Source: the human T2T-CHM13v2.0 reference genome, Homo sapiens. From it: a stretch of DNA of 64,000 nucleotides. Below are positions 1 through 14,161 of this stretch, piece after piece (within the stretch, counting starts at the first letter, position 1; each line of letters starts with the position of its first letter). A program made the position numbers and the translations under genes. The stretch lies in NCBI RefSeq assembly GCF_009914755.1, contig NC_060925.1. One strand, given 5' to 3'. The notes under the pieces were generated by a model. That model made no database searches. It was not told where the DNA came from and saw only the letters and a program-made list of their open reading frames with translations.

Positions 1-250
1 ATGGAATAATCCATGGACTCGAATGCAATCATCATCGAATGGAATCGAATGGAATCATCGAATGGACTCGAATGGAATAATCATTGAACGGAATCGAATG
101 GAATCATCATCGGATGGAAACGAATGGAATCATCATCGAATGGAAATGAAAGGAGTCATCATCTAATGGAATTGCATGGAATCATCATAAAATGGAATCG
201 AATGGAATCAACATCAAATGGAATCAAATGGAATCATTGAACGGAATTGA

Positions 251-3200
251 ATGGAATCGTCATCGAATGAATTGAATGCAATCATCGAATGGTCTCGAAT
301 GGAATCATCTTCAAATGGAATGGAATGGAATCATCGCATAGAATCGAGTGGAATTATCATCGAATGGAGTCGAATGGAATCAACATCAAACGGAAAAAAA
401 CGGAATTATCGAATGGAATCGAAGAGAATCTTCGAACGGACCCGAATGGAATCACCTAATGGAATGGAATGGAATAATCTATGGACTCGAATGCAATCAT
501 CATCGAATGGAATCATCAAATGGACTCGAATGGAATAATCATTGAACGGAATCGAATGGAATCATCATCAGATGGAAATGAATGGAATCATCATCGAATG
601 GAATCGAATAGAATTATGGAATGAAATCCAGTGTGATCATCATCGAATGGACCCAAATGGAATCATCATCCAACGGAATCTAATGGAATCAACATCGAAT
701 GAATTGAATGGAAACACCATCGAATTGAAACGAATGGAATTATCATGAAATTGAAATGGATGGACTCATCATCGAATGGATTGGAATGGAATCATCGAAT
801 AAAATTGATTGAAATCATCATCAAATGGAATCGAATGGTATCATTGAATGGAATCGAATGGAATCATCATCAGATGGAAATGAATGGAATCGTCATAGAA
901 TGGAATCGAATGGATTCATTGAATGGAATCAGATGGAATCATCGAATGGACTGGAATGGAATCATTGAATGGACTCAAAAGGGATCATTATTGAATGGAA
1001 TTGAATGGAATCATCGAATGGTCTCGATTGGAATCATTATCAAATGGAAACGAATGGAATCACCGAATAGAATCGAATGGAACAATCATCGAATGGACTC
1101 AAATGGAATCATCCTCAAATGGAATGGAATGGAATTATCGAATGCAATCGAATAGAATCATCGAATGGACTCGAATGGAATCATCGAATGGAATGGAATG
1201 GAACAGTCAATGAACTCGAATGGAATCATCATTGAATGGAATCGAATGGAATCATCGAGTGGAATCGAATGGAATTATGATCAAATGGAATCTAATGTAA
1301 TAATCATCAAATGGAATCAAAAATAACCATCATCAATTGTTATTGAATGGAATTGTCATCAAATGGAATTCAAAGGAATCATCATCAAATGGAACCGAAT
1401 GGAATCCTCATTGAATGGAAATGAAAGGGGTCATCATCTAATGGAATCGCATGGAATCATCATCAAATGGAATCGAATGGAATCATCATCAAATGGAATC
1501 TGATGGAATCATTGAACAGAATTGAATGGAATCGTCATCGAATGAATTGAATGCAATCATCGAATGGTCTCGAATGGAATCATCTTCTAATGGAAAGGAA
1601 TGGAATCATCGCATAGAATCGAATGGAATTAACATTGAATGGACTCGAATGGAATCAACATCAAACGGAATCAAGCGGAATTATCGAATGGAATTGAAGA
1701 GAATCATCGAATGGACTCGAATGGAATAATCTAATGGAATTGAATGGAATAATCCACGGACTCGAATGCAATCATCATCGTATAGAATCGAATGGAATCA
1801 TCGAATGGACTCGAATGGAATAATCATTGAACGGAATCGAATGGAATCATCATCGGATGGAAACGAATGGAATCATCATCGAATGGAAATGAAAGGAGTC
1901 ATCATCTAATGGAATTGCATGGAATCATCATCAAATGGAATCGAATGGAATCAACAGCAAATGGAATCAAATGGAATCATTGAACGGAATTGAATGGAAT
2001 CGTCATCCAATGAATGAATGCAATCATCGAATGGTCTCGAATGCAATCATCTTCAAATGGAATGGAATGGAATCATCGCATAGAATCGAATGGAATTATC
2101 ATCGAATGGAATCGAATGGTATCAACATCAAACGGAAAAAAACGGAATTATCGAATGGAATCGAATAGAATCATGGAATGGACCCGAATGGAATCATCTA
2201 ATGGAATGGAATGGAATAATCCACGGACTCGAATGCAATCATCGTCGAATGGAATCGAATGGAATCATCGAATGGACTCGAATGGAATAATCATTGAACA
2301 GAATCGAATGGAATCATCATCGGATGGAAACGAATGGAATCATCATCGAATGGAAATGAAAGGAGTCATCATCTAATGGAATTGCATGGAATCATCATCA
2401 AATGGAATCGAATGGAATCAACATCAAATGGAATCAAATGGAATCATTGAACGGAATTGAATGGAATCGTCATCGAATGAATTGAATGCAATCATCGAAT
2501 GGTCTCGAGTGGAATCATCTTCAAATGGAATGGAATGGAATCATCGCATAGAATCGAATGGAATTATCATCGAATGGAATCGAATGGTATCAACATCAAA
2601 CGGAAAAAAACGGAATTATCGAATGGAATCGAAGAGAATCTTCGAACGGACCCGAATGGAATCATCTAATGGAATGGAATGGAATAATCCATGGACTGGA
2701 AGGCAATCATCATTGAACGGAATCGAAAGGAATCATCATCGGATGGAAACGAATGGAATCATCATCGAATGGAAATGAAAGGAGTCATCATCTAATGGAA
2801 TTGCATCGAATCATCATAAAATGGAATCGAATGGAATCAACATCAAATGGAATCAAATGGAATCATTGAACGGAATTGAATGGAATCGTCATCGAATGAA
2901 TTGAATGCAATCATCGAATGGTCTCGAATGGAATCATCTTCAAATGGAATGGAATGGAATCATCGCATAGAATCGAATGGAATTATCATCGAATGGAATC
3001 GAATGGAATCAACATCAAACGGAAAAAAACGGAATTATCGAATGGAATCGAATAGAATCATCGAATGGACCCGAATGGAATCATCTAATGGAATGGAATG
3101 GAATAATCCGTGGACTCGAATGCAATCATCATCGAATATAATCGAATGGAATCATCCAATGGACTCGAATGGAATAATCATTGAACGGAATCGAATGGAA

Positions 3201-6200
3201 TCATCATCGGATGGAAATGAATGGAATCATCATCGAATGGAATCGAATAGAATTATGGAATGAAATCCAGTGTGATCATCATCGAATGGACCCGAATGGA
3301 ATCATCATCCAACGAATGCTAATGGAATCAACATCGAATGAATCAAATGGAAACACCATCGAATTGAAACGAATGGAATTACCATGAAATTGAAATGGAT
3401 GGACTCATCATCGAATGGATTCGAATGGAATCATCGAATAAAATTGATTGAAATCATCATCGAATGGAATCGAATGGATTCATTGAATGGAATCAGATGG
3501 AATCATCGAATGGACTGGAATGGAATCATTGAATGGACACGAAAGAGATCATGATTGAATGGAATTGAATGGAATCATCGAATGGTCTCGATTGGAATCA
3601 TTATCAAATGGAATCGAATGGAATCACCGAATAGAATCGAATGGAACAATCATCGAATGGACTCAAATGGAATTATCCTCAAATGGAATGGAATGGAATT
3701 ATCGAATGCAATCGAATGGAATTATCGAATGCAATCGAATAGAATCATTGAATGGACTCGAATGGAATAATCATTGAACGGAATCGAATGGAATCATCAT
3801 CGGATGGAAACGAATGGAATCATCATCGAATGGAAATGAAAGGAGTCATCATCTAATGGAATTGCATGGAATCATCATAAAATGGAATCGAATGGAATCA
3901 ACATCAAATGGAATCAAATGGAATCATTGAACGGAATTGAATGGAATCGTCATCGAATGAATTGAATGCAATCATCGAATGGTCTCGAATGGAATCATCT
4001 TCAAATGGAATTGAATGGAATCATCGCATAGAATCGAGTGGAATTATCATCGAATGGAGTCGAATGGAATCAACATCAAACGGAAAAAAACGGAATTATC
4101 GAATGGAATCGAAGAGAATCTTCGAACGGACCCGAATGGAATCACCTAATGGAATGGAATGGAATAATCTATGGACTCGAATGCAATCATCATCGAATGG
4201 AATCATCAAATGGACTCGAATGGAATAATCATTGAACGGAATCGAATGGAATCATCATCGGATGGAAATGAATGGAATCATCATCGAATGGAATCGAATA
4301 GAATTATGGAATGAAATCCAGTGTGATCATCATCGAATGGACCCAAATGGAATCATCATCCAACGGAATCTAATGGAATCAACATCGAATGAATTGAATG
4401 GAAACACCATCGAATTGAAACGAATGGAATTATCATGAAATTGAAATGGATGGACTCATCATCGAATGGATTGGAATGGAATCATCGAATAAAATTGATT
4501 GAAATCATCATCAAATGGAATCGAATGGTATCATTGAATGGAATCGAATGGAATCATCATCAGATGGAAATGAATGGAATCGTCATAGAATGGAATCGAA
4601 TGGATTCATTGAATGGAATCAGATGGAATCATCGAATGGACTGGAATGGAATCATTGAATGGACTCGAAAGGGATCATTATTGAATGGAATTGAATGGAA
4701 TCATCGAATGGTCTCGATTGGAATCATTATCAAATGGAAACGAATGGAATCACCGAATAGAATCGAATGGAACAATCATCGAATGGACTCAAATGGAATC
4801 ATCCTCAAATGGAATGGAATGGAATTATCGAATGCAATCGAATAGAATCATCGAATGGACTCGAATGGAATCATCGAATGGAATGGAATGGAACAGTCAA
4901 TGAACTCGAATGGAATCATCATTGAATGGAATCGAATGGAATAATCGAGTGGAATCGAATGGAATTATGATCAAATGGAATCTAATGTAATAATCATCAA
5001 ATGGAATCAAAAATAACCATCATCAATTGTTATTGAATGGAATTGTCATCAAATGGAATTCAAAGGAATCATCATCAAATGGAACCGAATGGAATCCTCA
5101 TTGAATGGAAATGAAAGGGGTCATCATCTAATGGAATCGCATGGAATCATCATCAAATGGAATCGAATGGAATCATCATCAAATGGAATCTGATGGAATC
5201 ATTGAACAGAATTGAATGGAATCGTCATCGAATGAATTGAATGCAATCATCGAATGGTCTCGAATGGAATCATCTTCTAATGGAAAGGAATGGAATCATC
5301 GCATAGAATCGAATGGAATTAACATTGAATGGACTCGAATGGAATCAACATCAAACGGAATCAAGCGGAATTATCGAATGGAATCGAAGAGAATCATCGA
5401 ATGGACTCGAATGGAATAATCTAATGGAATTGAATGGAATAATCCACGGACTCGAATGCAATCATCATCGTATAGAATCGAATGGAATCATCGAATGGAC
5501 TCGAATGGAATAATCATTGAACGGAATCGAATGGAATCATCATCGGATGGAAACGAATGGAATCATCATCGAATGGAAATGAAAGGAGTCATCATCTAAT
5601 GGAATTGCATGGAATCATCATCAAATGGAATCGAATGGAATCAACAGCAAATGGAATCAAATGGAATCATTGAACGGAATTGAATGGAATCGTCATCCAA
5701 TGAATGAATGCAATCATCGAATGGTCTCGAATGCAATCATCTTCAAATGGAATGGAATGGAATCATCGCATAGAATCGAATGGAATTATCATCGAATGGA
5801 ATCGAATGGTATCAACATCAAACGGAAAAAAACGGAATTATCGAATGGAATCGAATAGAATCATGGAATGGACCCGAATGGAATCATCTAATGGAATGGA
5901 ATGGAATAATCCACGGACTCGAATGCAATCATCGTCGAATGGAATCGAATGGAATCATCGAATGGACTCGAATGGAATAATCATTGAACAGAATCGAATG
6001 GAATCATCATCGGATGGAAACGAATGGAATCATCATCGAATGGAAATGAAAGGAGTCATCATCTAATGGAATTGCATGGAATCATCATCAAATGGAATCG
6101 AATGGAATCAACATCAAATGGAATCAAATGGAATCATTGAACGGAATTGAATGGAATCGTCATCGAATGAATTGAATGCAATCATCGAATGGTCTCGAGT

Positions 6201-7630
6201 GGAATCATCTTCAAATGGAATGGAATGGAATCATCGCATAGAATCGAATGGAATTATCATCGAATGGAATCGAATGGTATCAACATCAAACGGAAAAAAA
6301 CGGAATTATCGAATGGAATCGAAGAGAATCTTCGAACGGACCCGAATGGAATCATCTAATGGAATGGAATGGAATAATCCATGGACTGGAAGGCAATCAT
6401 CATTGAACGGAATCGAAAGGAATCATCATCGGATGGAAACGAATGGAATCATCATCGAATGGAAATGAAAGGAGTCATCATCTAATGGAATTGCATCGAA
6501 TCATCATAAAATGGAATCGAATGGAATCAACATCAAATGGAATCAAATGGAATCATTGAACGGAATTGAATGGAATCGTCATCGAATGAATTGAATGCAA
6601 TCATCGAATGGTCTCGAATGGAATCATCTTCAAATGGAATGGAATGGAATCATCGCATAGAATCGAATGGAATTATCATCGAATGGAATCGAATGGAATC
6701 AACATCAAACGGAAAAAAACGGAATTATCGAATGGAATCGAATAGAATCATCGAATGGACCCGAATGGAATCATCTAATGGAATGGAATGGAATAATCCG
6801 TGGACTCGAATGCAATCATCATCGAATATAATCGAATGGAATCATCCAATGGACTCGAATGGAATAATCATTGAACGGAATCGAATGGAATCATCATCGG
6901 ATGGAAATGAATGGAATCATCATCGAATGGAATCGAATAGAATTATGGAATGAAATCCAGTGTGATCATCATCGAATGGACCCGAATGGAATCATCATCC
7001 AACGAATGCTAATGGAATCAACATCGAATGAATCAAATGGAAACACCATCGAATTGAAACGAATGGAATTACCATGAAATTGAAATGGATGGACTCATCA
7101 TCGAATGGATTCGAATGGAATCATCGAATAAAATTGATTGAAATCATCATCGAATGGAATCGAATGGATTCATTGAATGGAATCAGATGGAATCATCGAA
7201 TGGACTGGAATGGAATCATTGAATGGACACGAAAGAGATCATGATTGAATGGAATTGAATGGAATCATCGAATGGTGTCGATTGGAATCATTATCAAATG
7301 GAATCGAATGGAATCACCGAATAGAATCGAATGGAACAATCATCGAATGGACTCAAATGGAATTATCCTCAAATGGAATGGAATGGAATTATCGAATGCA
7401 ATCGAATGGAATTATCGAATGCAATCGAATAGAATCATTGAATGGACTCGAATGGAATAATCATTGAACGGAATCGAATGGAATCATCATCGGATGGAAA
7501 CGAATGGAATCATCATCGAATGGAAATGAAAGGAGTCATCATCTAATGGAATTGCATGGAATCATCATAAAATGGAATCGAATGGAATCAACATCAAATG
7601 GAATCAAATGGAATCATTGAACGGAATTGA
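251..7630. repeat. 3690-bp higher-order repeat, two tandem copies (1275+468+467+419+1061)
   Basis: Identical module order and shared SNVs at offset 3690 (251/3941, 1526/5216, 2461/6151, 2880/6570), e.g. GAATCGAGTG, ATCACCTAAT, GAATATAATC, TTGCATCGAA. Confidence 0.92.
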
Positions 7631-9578
7631 ATGGAATCGTCATCGAATGAATTGAATGCAATCATCGAATGGTCTCGAATGGAATCATCTTCAAATGGAA
7701 TGGAATGGAATCATCGCATAGAATCGAATGGAATTATCATCGAATGGAATCGAATGGAATCAACATCAAACGGAAAAAAACGGAATTATCGAATGGAATC
7801 GAAGAGAATCATCGAATGGACCCGAATGGAATCATCTAATGGAATGGAATGGAATAATCCACGGACTCGAATGCAATCATCGTCGAATGGAATCGAATGG
7901 AATCATCGAATGGACTCGAATGGAATAATCATTGAACAGAATCGAATGGAATCATCATCGGATGGAAACGAATGGAATCATCATCGAATGGAAATGAAAG
8001 GAGTCATCATCTAATGGAATTGCATGGAATCATCATCAAATGGAATCGAATGGAATCAACATCAAATGGAATCAAATGGAATCATTGAACGGAATTGAAT
8101 GGAATCGTCATCGAATGAATTGAATGCAATCATCGAATGGTCTCGAGTGGAATCATCTTCAAATGGAATGGAATGGAATCATCGCATAGAATCGAATGGA
8201 ATTATCATCGAATGGAATCGAATGGTATCAACATCAAACGGAAAAAAACGGAATTATCGAATGGAATCGAAGAGAATCTTCGAACGGACCCGAATGGAAT
8301 CATCTAATGGAATGGAATGGAATAATCCATGGACTGGAAGGCAATCATCATTGAACGGAATCGAAAGGAATCATCATCGGATGGAAACGAATGGAATCAT
8401 CATCGAATGGAAATGAAAGGAGTCATCATCTAATGGAATTGCATCGAATCATCATAAAATGGAATCGAATGGAATCAACATCAAATGGAATCAAATGGAA
8501 TCATTGAACGGAATTGAATGGAATCGTCATCGAATGAATTGAATGCAATCATCGAATGGTCTCGAATGGAATCATCTTCAAATGGAATGGAATGGAATCA
8601 TCGCATAGAATCGAATGGAATTATCATCGAATGGAATCGAATGGAATCAACATCAAACGGAAAAAAACGGAATTATCGAATGGAATCGAATAGAATCATC
8701 GAATGGACCCGAATGGAATCATCTAATGGAATGGAATGGAATAATCCGTGGACTCGAATGCAATCATCATCGAATATAATCGAATGGAATCATCCAATGG
8801 ACTCGAATGGAATAATCATTGAACGGAATCGAATGGAATCATCATCGGATGGAAATGAATGGAATCATCATCGAATGGAATCGAATAGAATTATGGAATG
8901 AAATCCAGTGTGATCATCATCGAATGGACCCGAATGGAATCATCATCCAACGAATGCTAATGGAATCAACATCGAATGAATCAAATGGAAACACCATCGA
9001 ATTGAAACGAATGGAATTACCATGAAATTGAAATGGATGGACTCATCATCGAATGGATTCGAATGGAATCATCGAATAAAATTGATTGAAATCATCATCG
9101 AATGGAATCGAATGGATTCATTGAATGGAATCAGATGGAATCATCGAATGGACTGGAATGGAATCATTGAATGGACACGAAAGAGATCATGATTGAATGG
9201 AATTGAATGGAATCATCGAATGGTCTCGATTGGAATCATTATCAAATGGAATCGAATGGAATCACCGAATAGAATCGAATGGAACAATCATCGAATGGAC
9301 TCAAATGGAATTATCCTCAAATGGAATGGAATGGAATTATCGAATGCAATCGAATGGAATTATCGAATGCAATCGAATAGAATCATTGAATGGACTCGAA
9401 TGGAATAATCATTGAACGGAATCGAATGGAATCATCATCGGATGGAAACGAATGGAATCATCATCGAATGGAAATGAAAGGAGTCATCATCTAATGGAAT
9501 TGCATGGAATCATCATAAAATGGAATCGAATGGAATCAACATCAAATGGAATCAAATGGAATCATTGAACGGAATTGA
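7631..9578. repeat. Partial 1948-bp unit (hybrid S 468 + 419 + 1061)
   Basis: Anchors at 7631, 8099, 8518, 9579. It is 1742 bp shorter than the 3690-bp unit, and its first module is a mosaic of two module types. Confidence 0.85.
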
Positions 9579-12500
9579 ATGGAATCGTCATCGAATGAAT
9601 TGAATGCAATCATCGAATGGTCTCGAATGGAATCATCTTCAAATGGAATGGAATGGAATCATCGCATAGAATCGAGTGGAATTATCATCGAATGGAGTCG
9701 AATGGAATCAACATCAAACGGAAAAAAACGGAATTATCGAATGGAATCGAAGAGAATCTTCGAACGGACCCGAATGGAATCACCTAATGGAATGGAATGG
9801 AATAATCTATGGACTCGAATGCAATCATCATCGAATGGAATCATCAAATGGACTCGAATGGAATAATCATTGAACGGAATCGAATGGAATCATCATCGGA
9901 TGGAAATGAATGGAATCATCATCGAATGGAATCGAATAGAATTATGGAATGAAATCCAGTGTGATCATCATCGAATGGACCCAAATGGAATCATCATCCA
10001 ACGGAATCTAATGGAATCAACATCGAATGAATTGAATGGAAACACCATCGAATTGAAACGAATGGAATTATCATGAAATTGAAATGGATGGACTCATCAT
10101 CGAATGGATTGGAATGGAATCATCGAATAAAATTGATTGAAATCATCATCAAATGGAATCGAATGGTATCATTGAATGGAATCGAATGGAATCATCATCA
10201 GATGGAAATGAATGGAATCGTCATAGAATGGAATCGAATGGATTCATTGAATGGAATCAGATGGAATCATCGAATGGACTGGAATGGAATCATTGAATGG
10301 ACTCGAAAGGGATCATGATTGAATGGAATTGAATGGAATCATCGAATGGTCTCGATTGGAATCATTATCAAATGGAAACGAATGGAATCACCGAATAGAA
10401 TCGAATGGAACAATCATCGAATGGACTCAAATGGAATCATCCTCAAATGGAATGGAATGGAATTATCGAATGCAATCGAATAGAATCATCGAATGGACTC
10501 GAATGGAATCATCGAATGGAATGGAATGGAACAGTCAATGAACTCGAATGGAATCATCATTGAATGGAATCGAATGGAATCATCGAGTGGAATCGAATGG
10601 AATTATGATCAAATGGAATCTAATGTAATAATCATCAAATGGAATCAAAAATAACCATCATCAATTGTTATTGAATGGAATTGTCATCAAATGGAATTCA
10701 AAGGAATCATCATCAAATGGAACCGAATGGAATCCTCATTGAATGGAAATGAAAGGGGTCATCATCTAATGGAATCGCATGGAATCATCATCAAATGGAA
10801 TCGAATGGAATCATCATCAAATGGAATCTGATGGAATCATTGAACAGAATTGAATGGAATCGTCATCGAATGAATTGAATGCAATCATCGAATGGTCTCG
10901 AATGGAATCATCTTCTAATGGAAAGGAATGGAATCATCGCATAGAATCGAATGGAATTAACATTGAATGGACTCGAATGGAATCAACATCAAACGGAATC
11001 AAGCGGAATTATCGAATGGAATCGAAGAGAATCATCGAATGGACTCGAATGGAATAATCTAATGGAATTGAATGGAATAATCCACGGACTCGAATGCAAT
11101 CATCATCGTATAGAATCGAATGGAATCATCGAATGGACTCGAATGGAATAATCATTGAACGGAATCGAATGGAATCATCATCGGATGGAAACGAATGGAA
11201 TCATCATCGAATGGAAATGAAAGGAGTCATCATCTAATGGAATTGCATGGAATCATCATCAAATGGAATCGAATGGAATCAACAGCAAATGGAATCAAAT
11301 GGAATCATTGAACGGAATTGAATGGAATCGTCATCCAATGAATGAATGCAATCATCGAATGGTCTCGAATGCAATCATCTTCAAATGGAATGGAATGGAA
11401 TCATCGCATAGAATCGAATGGAATTATCATCGAATGGAATCGAATGGTATCAACATCAAACGGAAAAAAACGGAATTATCGAATGGAATCGAATAGAATC
11501 ATGGAATGGACCCGAATGGAATCATCTAATGGAATGGAATGGAATAATCCACGGACTCGAATGCAATCATCGTCGAATGGAATCGAATGGAATCATCGAA
11601 TGGACTCGAATGGAATAATCATTGAACAGAATCGAATGGAATCATCATCGGATGGAAACGAATGGAATCATCATCGAATGGAAATGAAAGGAGTCATCAT
11701 CTAATGGAATTGCATGGAATCATCATCAAATGGAATCGAATGGAATCAACATCAAATGGAATCAAATGGAATCATTGAACGGAATTGAATGGAATCGTCA
11801 TCGAATGAATTGAATGCAATCATCGAATGGTCTCGAGTGGAATCATCTTCAAATGGAATGGAATGGAATCATCGCATAGAATCGAATGGAATTATCATCG
11901 AATGGAATCGAATGGTATCAACATCAAACGGAAAAAAACGGAATTATCGAATGGAATCGAAGAGAATCTTCGAACGGACCCGAATGGAATCATCTAATGG
12001 AATGGAATGGAATAATCCATGGACTGGAAGGCAATCATCATTGAACGGAATCGAAAGGAATCATCATCGGATGGAAACGAATGGAATCATCATCGAATGG
12101 AAATGAAAGGAGTCATCATCTAATGGAATTGCATCGAATCATCATAAAATGGAATCGAATGGAATCAACATCAAATGGAATCAAATGGAATCATTGAACG
12201 GAATTGAATGGAATCGTCATCGAATGAATTGAATGCAATCATCGAATGGTCTCGAATGGAATCATCTTCAAATGGAATGGAATGGAATCATCGCATAGAA
12301 TCGAATGGAATTATCATCGAATGGAATCGAATGGAATCAACATCAAACGGAAAAAAACGGAATTATCGAATGGAATCGAATAGAATCATCGAATGGACCC
12401 GAATGGAATCATCTAATGGAATGGAATGGAATAATCCGTGGACTCGAATGCAATCATCATCGAATATAATCGAATGGAATCATCCAATGGACTCGAATGG

Positions 12501-13268
12501 AATAATCATTGAACGGAATCGAATGGAATCATCATCGGATGGAAATGAATGGAATCATCATCGAATGGAATCGAATAGAATTATGGAATGAAATCCAGTG
12601 TGATCATCATCGAATGGACCCGAATGGAATCATCATCCAACGAATGCTAATGGAATCAACATCGAATGAATCAAATGGAAACACCATCGAATTGAAACGA
12701 ATGGAATTACCATGAAATTGAAATGGATGGACTCATCATCGAATGGATTCGAATGGAATCATCGAATAAAATTGATTGAAATCATCATCGAATGGAATCG
12801 AATGGATTCATTGAATGGAATCAGATGGAATCATCGAATGGACTGGAATGGAATCATTGAATGGACACGAAAGAGATCATGATTGAATGGAATTGAATGG
12901 AATCATCGAATGGTGTCGATTGGAATCATTATCAAATGGAATCGAATGGAATCACCGAATAGAATCGAATGGAACAATCATCGAATGGACTCAAATGGAA
13001 TTATCCTCAAATGGAATGGAATGGAATTATCGAATGCAATCGAATGGAATTATCGAATGCAATCGAATAGAATCATTGAATGGACTCGAATGGAATAATC
13101 ATTGAACGGAATCGAATGGAATCATCATCGGATGGAAACGAATGGAATCATCATCGAATGGAAATGAAAGGAGTCATCATCTAATGGAATTGCATGGAAT
13201 CATCATAAAATGGAATCGAATGGAATCAACATCAAATGGAATCAAATGGAATCATTGAACGGAATTGA
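9579..13268. repeat. Third full copy of the 3690-bp higher-order repeat
   Basis: Anchors at 9579, 10854, 11789, 12208, 13269 carry the same diagnostic SNVs as 251-3940. Confidence 0.9.
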
Positions 13269-14150
13269 ATGGAATCGTCATCGAATGAATTGAATGCAAT
13301 CATCGAATGGTCTCGAATGGAATCATCTTCAAATGGAATGGAATGGAATCATCGCATAGAATCGAATGGAATTATCATCGAATGGAATCGAATGGAATCA
13401 ACATCAAACGGAAAAAAACGGAATTATCGAATGGAATCGAAGAGAATCATCGAATGGACCCGAATGGAATCATCTAATGGAATGGAATGGAATAATCCAT
13501 GGACTCGAATGCAATCATCATCGAATGGAATCGAATGGAATCATCGAATGGACCCGAATGGAATAATCATTGAATGGAATCGAATGGAATCATCATCGGA
13601 TGGAAATGAAAGGAGTCATCATCTAATGGAATTGCATGGAATCATCATAAAATGGAATCGAATGGAATCAACATCAAATGGAATCAAATGGAATCATTGA
13701 ACGGAATTGAATGGAATCGTGATCGAATGAATTGAATGCAATCATCGAATGGTCTCGAATGGAATCATCTTCAAATGGAATGGAATGGAATCATCGCATA
13801 GAATCGAATGGAATTATCATCGAATGGAATCGAATGGAATCAACATCAAACGGAAAAAAACGGAATTATCGAATGGAATCGAAGAGAATCATCGAATGGA
13901 CCCGAATGGAATCATCTAATGAAACGGAATGGAATAATCCATGGACTCGAATGCAATCATCATCGAATGGAATCGAATGGAATCATCGAATGGACTCGAA
14001 TGGAATAATCATTGAACGGAATCGAATGGAATCATCATCGGATGGAAATGAATGGAATCATCATCGAATGGAATCGAATAGAATTATGGAATGAAATCCA
14101 GTGTGATCATCATCGAATGGACCCGAATGGAATCATCATCCAACGGAAGC

Positions 14151-14161
14151 TAATGGAATCA
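14151..14161 (+). promoter_or_regulatory. Candidate DUX4-type double-homeodomain motif TAATGGAATCA (representative; recurs once or twice in most L modules)
   Basis: Exact match to the reported DUX4 consensus TAAYBBAATCA, with a second match at 14994-15004. Motif match only; binding is not shown. Confidence 0.35.

Noticed and set aside
1366-1375. Heat-shock element near GGAATTC
   Set aside because: There are no correctly spaced alternating nGAAn/nTTCn triplets. HSF1 stress bodies are associated mainly with HSat3.
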